A stretch of DNA of 64,000 nt. Source: Heteronotia binoei. Its lineage: Eukaryota. The translations under genes were made by a program, and so were the position numbers. Positions within the stretch are counted from its first letter, which is position 1, and every line of letters begins with the position of its first letter. Positions 55,686 to 64,000 of the stretch are shown here, one piece after another. The stretch covers positions 13,454,001 through 13,518,000 of the forward strand of contig NC_083240.1 of assembly GCF_032191835.1 (NCBI RefSeq). Reading direction: 5' to 3'. Below the pieces are notes generated by a model. The model was not told the DNA's origin. It did no database searches and saw only the letters and a list, made by a program, of their open reading frames with translations.

Positions 55686-55970
55686 GAGAGCCAGTTTGGT
55701 GTAGTGGTCAAGTGCATGGACTCTTATCTGGGAGAACCAGGTTTGATTCCCCACTCCTCCACTTGCACCTGCTGGAATGGCCTCGGGTCAGCCATAGCTC
55801 TGGCAGAGGTTGTCCTTGAAAGGGCAGCTGCTGTGAGAGCCCTCTCAGCACCACCCACCTCACAGGGTGTCTGTTGTGGGTGGAGGAGATCTAGGAGATT
55901 GTAAGCCGCTCTGAGTCTCTGATTCAGGGAGAAGGGTGGGGTATAAAACTGCAATTCTTTTTCTTCTTCT
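55686..55970 (+). mobile_element. Squam3-like SINE, full length
   Basis: Sequence match to family. Confidence 0.9.
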
Positions 55971-56699
55971 TTCTCAGTCCTTCAGTCCAAGCACTGAACT
56001 CCATCTCTGTGTTTACATCCAGGTGTGTTCTGCTGGGCTTATCCTGTTTCTCCGGGAAGCCCTATGCATGGGATAGTTTGTAGTGAGATAAAGGGGGGAG
56101 GGGACTTGCATCTGAGTTTCTAGACTGTTGCCTCAGCCCTGGTACGTTGCCTATCCATGATGGGAACATGAGGACTGCAAGCACATTTGAAGTTCTGTTG
56201 CCTTTACAAATGGTGCCTGTTGTGACAGTGTCTATTTTGTGTATGCGTGTGTGGGCAATCCACTCGTCAGGCAAACCGGCGCTTCCCCGACACTTTCTTC
56301 TGCATTTGGCCCTGACCTATTTTATAACCGTATAGGGGAGAAAGAAAGATTAAAGCGACATCAGCGAAACGCGGCACTCGTCAAAAATCTTGCGTGCTTT
56401 GCGATGCTACTGGGGATTCAGTCAGGGGTGGCTTTGTGGTAGGAGAGCGACTGCCTCTCACTTTTCAAGCTATCGCCTGGCATCAGCAGAATCCGGAAGG
56501 GTCTTTGGTGTTGACTGATGTGCCAAGGAGTGAAGGGATTCTTTTTTTGCCTCCCTTCTCAAGGCTGCTCTCATTCGCAGCGATGTGCTGGATCCTGGAA
56601 GTGAGGGGCTGTGTGTTTGTGCATGTTGAGGCTGGAAGCGGGTGGAGATTTCTCTTAAATGACAATCCCCCCTCTGTCATCTGCATGGAGTGCAAAAGT

Positions 56700-56893
56700 C
56701 AGGGCTTTTATTAATTTATTTTTAGCAGGAACGCTCCGGAACGCAGCTTAGCATCAGGGGATGTGGCTTAATATGTAAATGAGCTATGCTCGGGCTTTTC
56801 CTACAAAAAAAAGTCCAGTGTGAAACAATGGTGACACCAGGGGGTGTGGCCTAAATGAGTACCTACTGGGCTTTTTCTACCAAAAAAGCCCTG
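56700..56893 (-). mobile_element. hAT MITE with two copies of the ~80-bp unit amplified at 22220-22895
   Basis: Reverse complement shows CAGGGCTTTTTT..unit..CCATTGTTTCACA..unit..TIR. Confidence 0.75.
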
Positions 56894-56914
56894 GGGAACG
56901 CTATCAGCGACAGG

Positions 56915-57096
56915 CAGGGCTCATTTTGTAGCAGGGACTCCTCTGCATATTAGGCCACACCCTCCTGATGTAGCCAATACTCCAAGATCCTACAGGGCTC
57001 TTCTTACAGGGCCTATTGTAAGCTCTTGGAGGACTGGCTACATCAGCGGGGTGTGGCCTAATATGCAGTGGAGTTCCTGCTATAAAATGAGCCCTG
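56915..57096. mobile_element. Palindromic hAT-type MITE
   Basis: 8-bp TSD GCGACAGG/CCGACAGG. Confidence 0.88.
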
Positions 57097-57648
57097 CCGA
57101 CAGGTGACAGTTAAACAACCATTTGCCGCTCGCTCGTGTATCCAAGACTGTGCCAGTTTGTGTGGCTTCGCCGCTCCCCTTCAGCCTCTCCCTCCCTTTC
57201 CCAGCAGCTGCAAGTCACTCTTCCATGCTCCACTTGAGCATGTCTTCCTATTGTAGATCTGCTGAGGATATAGCTACATTTGGCTGGGCTCTCAAGGCCC
57301 TTCAGGGAAGGCTTTTTGGCATCTGCTGTCAGCTGCAGAAAGGAAAAAAAAAGCAGATGCAAAGCGCCAGGTGGGAGGGATCATCCTGTAGGCAGCGGGA
57401 ACATCTGGCACAACAAACAAACAGACTCAGGGAGCCGTTTGGCTGACAACGGATGAGATTTGGGGATGCAAGACCCGGTTGGCTTCTGCTTCCTTTGCGG
57501 AGAAACGGTAAACTACGTGAATGGTGGCAGCTGGAATATTGCATGCCAGAGAGCAAGAGGGAAAAAAGCATTACTGAAGGAATGGTTAAATAGATGGCAC
57601 AATCGCTTAATGGTGTCTGAGATCCCACTTAATGGTGTCTAAGATCCC

Positions 57649-58016
57649 TTTTGAGCTGTGGTGCTGGAGAAGACTCTTGAGAGTCCCTTGGACTGCAAGA
57701 AGATCAAATCAGTCAGTCCTAAGGGAAATCAACCCTGACTGTTCCCTGGAAGGCCAGATGCTGAAGCTGAAGCTCAAATACTTTGGCCACCAAATGAGAA
57801 GGGAGCACTCACTGGAGAAGACCCTGGGCTGGGAAAGACAGAAGGCAAAAGAAGAAGGGGATGGCAGAAGATGAGATGCCTGGACAGCGTTGCTGATGTA
57901 ACTAACATGAATTTGAGCAGACTTCGGAGGATGGTGGAAGACAGGAGGGCCTGGCGTGAGTTTGTCCATGGGGTCACAAAGAGTCGGACCCGACTGTGTG
58001 ACGGAACAACAACAAA
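57649..58016 (+). mobile_element. RTE-BovB LINE 3' end
   Basis: FELWCWRRLLRVPWTARRSNQS..LKLKYFGH peptide; GGGTCACAAAGAGTCGGAC..(CAA)n end; AAGATCCC duplicated on both sides. Confidence 0.92.
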
Positions 58017-58837
58017 AAGATCCCACTTGGGGGCTAATTGTTCTGCAACTTAGAAGAAAGCAATGAAGCAAACGGGAAGCCCTTTCTGTCTCACCTGGCT
58101 GGCTCACCTCCTCCCTGCCGTCTTCCTATCACGAGTCAAATGGTGGGGGGGAGGCAGAGACCACCAGGCCCCTTCCCTTGACCTGCTTCCCACAAATGCC
58201 ACTTAAAACTGCTTTCTCACCTGCCTTCAGAGTTGTCATCCTCCAGGTGGGTCCTGGAGAGCTCCTGGAATCGCAGCTCAATCAACAGGGTTGCCAGATC
58301 CCCCCCCCCCCAGCCACTAGCAGCAGAGGGGGGGGGGTTACAGTTGCCATCTCCAGGTTGGGAAACTTCTGGAGATTTGGGAGAGTGGAGCCTAGGGAGG
58401 ACAGGGACCTCAGTGAGGTATGGTGCCATAGAGTCCACCTCTCCAAACATCCATTGTTTCCAGGGGAACCGATCTCTGTAGTCGGGAGATGAGCCGTAAT
58501 TCTGGGAGAACCCTGGGTCCCACCTTGAGGCTGCTGGCATCCCAATCAATCTGTGAGTCAGTCAATTTGGTACTTTTTTAGGGCCGTAGACCGGCTGAAT
58601 AAAGCATACCTTAGCAGAGTAGTTTAGAAGAGGGTGAGGGCTCTTTGGAGTTAAGACGTACTTGAAAATCACTCCCATTGGGCTACCAAGGGCTGAAGAT
58701 ATGCCCCAGTGACTGCACATGTGTAACAAGGTGGGCCACGCACTGGCCCTAGGCCTCAGTGGACCTCAAGAGGCATGTGCAGTGCCAAGAAGATGACCCC
58801 AAACTTGAAGATTCCACTCCCAGAGGAGGAGGCTGAG

Positions 58838-58994
58838 TAGAGTTGCCAACCTCCAGGTCGTGGCTGGAGAGCTCCTGGAATTAGTGGGTTCTCTGGCACT
58901 GTGTTCCATCGAAGTCCCCCCTCCCCAACCCCACCCTCTTTAGGCTCCAGCCCCCAAATCCCCAGATATTTCCCAACCGGACCTGGCAACCCTA
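58838..58994. mobile_element. hAT-like MITE with TAGGGTTGCCA-type TIRs (many older fragments elsewhere, e.g. about 11953, 17270, 25400, 30197, 38121, 58230)
   Basis: TAGAGTTGCCA / TGGCAACCCTA; flanks AGGCTGAG/GGGCTGAA. Confidence 0.7.
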
Positions 58995-60934
58995 GGGCTG
59001 AATCTTGAAGAAGGACAACCCTAACACCTTGCACTACCAACATGGGAAGAGGGCATCCCAAAAAGGACCGTGACTTACCTGGGACCGTCCATCTCTGTAG
59101 ACACACACAGCTGAAGCACGCAGATGTTCTGGCTCACACGTATAACCTGGGGAGATCATTTCAGCTGTGTCATTTCCCACCTCCCGCCAGGAAGGAACTC
59201 TGCGCACACAGAACCTGGCTGGAGGCCTCTTTCAAAACCAATGCGGGCGAGTAACCTGCCAACACGGCCTATGAAAAATGGGCTCAGCTTCAGAAGCCTC
59301 TGTTGGCTGTGGACATTAAGAGCCCCACGGGCTCCCTTCTCCTGCCTCTGGCAGCCTCCGCTCCTTTTTGTCATCCGGCCTGAATTATGAGGCCACTAGG
59401 ATCTGAAGACGGAACTTAATCTCTGTCACGGGTCGATCATACTTAATAAAGCTGGCTTTCTTATTCTCTCTCCCCCCTTTTTTTTTGCTGCCCCAGCAAA
59501 TGTCAACTGCGTTGAGGCAGCAACACAGAAAACTAAATATAAAACCATTAAACTCTGAGAATCAAAAACGGCCCTGTTTTCCTCGGTGTTCCTTCCTCCC
59601 AAACAACAACAACAAAGAGAGGAACAAGAATTGAATAGCTAAGCCAGCAAGCTGGGTCTATCGATTATTACTCTACGTGTGTTCCAGATTAAGGCTAATT
59701 CTATAGAATAGGACTTTCTCGATATTTGGTAAAGGGAATATATTTTCCCTCCATAGAAATGTACTTGTGAATCCATGACGATCTGTATTGAAGCTGAAAA
59801 TTAAATTGGTGCTTGGCAGCGTGAAGCTCTCAGTTTTGCTGAGGCGTCTATATATGTTTACGAAGTCCGAGCTAGATTTTGATAGGAAAATAATGGTTTT
59901 GCCAATTTATCCTCTCCGTCCCCAAATCAGAATAAACCAGATAAACTGAAATGAGTTTGAGATGAATTACATGCTGGCTCTGTTAGATTGAAATGAGTCC
60001 TGTCTAGCCATTGCTTTGGACGCTGGGGTGTTAGGGAGTCTTTATAAACATTTCAACTGCTCAGAAGTTTAAAACAATTGCCGGTGCGTGAGACGTAGGG
60101 ACTAATATGAGAGATGGTAGTCTTATCAATGCATGAGTTAGCAGTTATTTCCAAAATACACACATAAACTCGCTTGTCTCTCCACACATCTGAATCTAAA
60201 TAGGAGCTTCCATCTTGATAATTTGGAAAATAATAAATATTGAGCGAGAAACTAGGAAGTAAAAGGGACAATCGATAAAACTGCCAACCATTCCTTTCCT
60301 TTGTTGTTCCAGAATTTCTTTCAAAGCTTGTTCCACTATCCTGAATCTTGAGTGAATGTGGAGACTTTCTAAAATTGATTTTGGAATTGGCGCGTGCTCT
60401 TTTTCCTTCCACTTGCTGCTCCTTCATATTCCCCCTCCTCCCAAAAAACAGGAATAATACTCCTGCACACACATACACCCCATAACTACATTACAAAAAT
60501 TGTTTCCTTTCAAAAAAAACATAAACTCAGTTTCCAGTGCTTATATGCTCAGATCAATCGAGTTGACATCCCTGTGGTATATCAAGGAGAAAAAGCAGAT
60601 TACGTCTACACAAAATTATAAGTGTTATGCACACGTTCATGCATGTGAGGGAAAGGGGAACTAGAAAGAACAGGGAGGAATCTACTTTTTCCTATCTTTA
60701 TTTAAATAAAGCATGTCCCACCGTTGTCCTAGAGAAATGGTACCTGAAGCCACTTTGCAACAGCATGCAGAACAAATGTTTTCAAAAGCTAATAAGGGAC
60801 CAATCTGAAAGCTTCAGTAGTCAACATCACATGAGAAACAGCAGTAGCAAAGCAGGAAAAGAAACAATAAAAATCAGTAGCTGTAAAACTGCATTCTTGA
60901 TGCTATGATATGCATGGCTGTATCAAAAGCCAAT

Positions 60935-61310
60935 GTAGTGGTTAAGAGCGGCAGACTCTAATCTGGAGAGCTGGGTTTGATTCTCCACTCCTCCATATGA
61001 TGCCAGTCATACTGGGACAGTCACAGTTCTCTCCAAACTCTCTCAGCCCCACCTACCTCACAAGGTGCTTGTTGTGGTGAGAAGAAAGGAAGGCGAGATT
61101 TCTTAAGACAGAGAAAAGTGGGGTATAAAAACCAACTCTTCTTGCTCCCCATGAACCTGCTGGATGACCTTGGGCCAGTCACAGTTTTCTCAGAACTCTC
61201 TCAGCCCCACCCACCACACAAGGGGCCTGTTGTGGAGAGAGGAAAGGAAGGCAATTGCAAGCCATTTTGGAACTCTTTATGGCAGCAAAAAGTAGGGAAT
61301 AAAAATAACT
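60935..61310 (+). mobile_element. Two adjacent older Squam3-related SINE copies
   Basis: Diverged head and body matches. Confidence 0.65.
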
Positions 61311-63106
61311 CTGCTCCTTCATCGAGATATGTGTTGCATCATGTTTTGCTGATAGACACATGTCCATCATGTAGGGTTTGGTGAAACACCTATGAAGATA
61401 ACATGTGTTCCTGAATCATAGTTGATTAATGTGCATATGCATGTTTGTAAGACAGAAGGAGTAATGAAGGTTGTAGTGTAATCTACATGTATAGTGTTCT
61501 GCACGAAATTTGGAAATTAAAAAATGGAACAATGCAAGATGTCTAATACAAGATGTCTAATGTGTTGGTTCCACTTTGAAAATCAGGCTGGGTCATTTGA
61601 AATTCCAAGATTGAGGGAGAAATTTGGATGGCAATTTCCAAAGCATATCTAGCTAGGATTTGCCAGTATATTCTCCTGGCTAGTGAATCTTATGGTAACC
61701 CACGGAAGGCAGGAGAATACAGGAACATTGTAAGTTTTGATTGTTTCCTACACACTGACGGCCGGATGGCCCATATTGACAGTGTGGAAGTGTGCTGTGC
61801 TTTGACTTCCAGGGAATTAGTAGTAGAAGGAAGCAACGGAGCTAAAGAAGTAAAAAAATAAATTAATATATGGGAACCCTTCAAATAATTAGCCACCTCT
61901 TGTTTGCGCCAGGCCAGACAGAGAATTAATGAAAACAAAAAAAAATGAAAGAAGCATGCCAAGCAGGCGATGCCTTTTAAGTACAGGCGCAGGGCTGAAA
62001 GACAGATTCTGAATTGATTTCAATTAGTACCGACCATTCAGTGGAATGAAAAAGAGATTAATTTAAAAAAAAAAATTCTAAGGGTGCTTGGCTCCAAAAA
62101 TGAGTATTTATTCCACTTTGTTCCCAGCTCCGTTTTTCTTGCATCAGTCTTTGGTGGTTTCGAGCGACTGACGTGTAATTCTGCTTGAATCACCATTTGA
62201 TTGCAAACGACTAGCAGCGCTCGGGAGCTATAATTTAAAAAGAGTTTGCTTTTCATCCACTGCTTAGAAACATTCTAAATCGTATTGCAAATGGGGTGCG
62301 CAAGTCTGTTCTTGGACTTCTTTCCTGCAGTTGTCCTGCCCCCCCCCGACCTTCGCCTGCTGTCCACCCAACTGACCCTGACAGGGGAAAATTTAAACTT
62401 GTTATCTTGAGCCTGCTGGGGGAAAGCTGTGTCCCTTTTCTTTCTAGGGCCAACCCTTGCCTGTGGTGAAGTGCCCTGGGGCCACCCTGCTGCTGGCCCA
62501 CCTTTCGCTACCAACATCGCAGGTTGATCCGAGTTGGGGGACAGGTCTGCCTCCCGGCACCCATTTTGCCTTTGTGCTCTACAAAGCTGTCTGTTAGAGC
62601 CAAACTAGGCATTCGCTTTTGTAAGGAGCTGGGTCCAGGTTCTGGGTTACCCGGACCTAACTCGGGTTCCCCACTGCCATCATGGGACATGGTTATTAAA
62701 AATTTAAAAAGAGCCCGTTTGGGCTCAGAACACCATTGCAGGGGGTGGAAGAGCTCCTGCCTCCCCCCCAGCCATGTTCCATGTTGAAGCAGCACTGGCG
62801 GGGCTAGTTCCCCTTTTTTTGCTCCGCTTGGAGCATGTGGAGCAGCAAAAACAGGGAAATAGCTCCTGCCTTTCTGAGCTGTTTCAGCACAGAGAATAGC
62901 AGCAGCATTCCGAGCCCGAAGAGGCACTGCTTTATTTTTTTAATAGCTGTTCCCTGCAGCTCCTGTGTGGCTGCAGGGAACCTGGACCCCACCCTTTTAA
63001 AAAAGCGAACGTCTAGTTTGGCCTCTAGTACAGTTTTCTAAAAAAAACTAAATAGGTAATACTTTATGTACTGCAGCCGGGGATCTTCAGTTCAGTCCAG
63101 TGGGAT

Positions 63107-63292
63107 GGGGAAAGCCTCTTTTCAGTGGTAGAGCATCTGCTTTGCATGAAGGATACCCCAGGTTCAGTCTGCTGCATCCCCAATTAAAAGGATCAGGCAA
63201 TGCAGAAAACCTCGGCCTGAGACCCTGGAAAGCATCTGCCAGTCAGAGGAGACCAATGACCTGACTTAGTGTAAGATAGCTTCATTGAGTTC
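63107..63292 (+). mobile_element. tRNA-derived SINE (Squam2-like)
   Basis: Family match. Confidence 0.7.
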
Positions 63293-63424
63293 TCAGCATG
63301 TAGCAATACGGTGGATGCTACCGACAGCACATACACATAAGTGGCACATTTACTGACAAATCCGGTCACATAGATGAGTTTAACCAGGTCTCATAAATTG
63401 AGTCAGCACTGTGTCATGCTGTGT

Positions 63425-63620
63425 AATCTGGAGAACTGGGTTTGATCCTGACTCCTCCATGTGGAGCCTGCTGGGTGACCTTGGGCCAGTCGCAGTTCTC
63501 TCAGAGCTCTCTCAGCCCCACCTAGCTCACAAGGTGCCTGTTGTGGGGAGAGGAAAGGAAGGCGATTGTAAGTCACTTTGAGATTCTGTAAGTGCGAGAA
63601 AATCTCCTCCTCCTCTTCTT
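63425..63620 (+). mobile_element. Older Squam3-related SINE, 5'-truncated
   Basis: Family match. Confidence 0.65.
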
Positions 63621-64000
63621 CTTCTCATAAACTGAAAATCTTTGGTGTCTCAAAAGAAAAGGTCTCAAAAGAAAAGTGGAGTGAAGGTGAGGGAGACTAG
63701 GTTTTCAAGAAAGCCACTGGTACCTAGAATAGAGAAGAGGATCCTTTTGAATGCCATTGATTTGCAAAAGGAGAGGTCTTCTGGTTTGCGTTATGGAGGG
63801 AAACCAGGGCTTTTTTTTAGCAGGAACACACAGGAACGCAGTTCCGGCTGACTTGGTGTCAGGGGTGTGTGGCTTAATATGCAAATTAGTCAACGTTCAG
63901 AGTTCAGACCTTTATTGGCATAAGAGCAATAATGATTCGCAATCAAAAGTGGGTACAAAGATCTGAAATATAGTAAGAACAATACATAAACAATCAATTA

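Noticed and set aside
60053-60478. 141-aa minus-strand ORF in unique AT-rich sequence, possible nested gene or viral remnant
   Set aside because: No recognisable motif or splice support, and stops follow in frame; would need a tblastn search. It may be a conserved non-coding region.

Overview
Vertebrate genomic DNA, most likely a squamate and probably a gecko, judged from the SINE, RTE and hAT repeat content. The host gene is the 5' part of PLCH2 (phospholipase C eta 2) on the + strand. Four coding exons splice in frame: 27801-28041, 40624-40770, 44922-45165 and 54015-54144 (N-terminus, PH domain, first EF-hand). The intron between the third and fourth of these is U12-type and appears to have GT...AT ends. 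Two intact, mutually diverged DIRS1-like tyrosine-recombinase retrotransposons lie in sense orientation: 1-4347 (cut by the window) and 47678-53983 (complete, inserted 11 nt upstream of the U12 branch site). Comparing the two copies gives the main discoveries. (1) The gag stop sits in a conserved CTT-TGA-C context. The +1 frame there is the RT ORF, and the same frame after the single UGA is a ~955-codon ORF ending in the recombinase. One stop codon may therefore act as a three-way switch (terminate / +1 frameshift / read through). (2) Both copies carry a small spliceosomal-type intron 6-8 nt after the recombinase stop. (3) Both right ends carry a strong 5' splice site and abut branch-point/pyrimidine tracts. 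The rest is ordinary intronic repeat landscape: about 14 young tRNA-SINEs, palindromic hAT MITEs (one amplified into an 8x array), L1, L2, CR1 and BovB fragments, and three N gaps. The recoding and splicing models are inferences from sequence alone.
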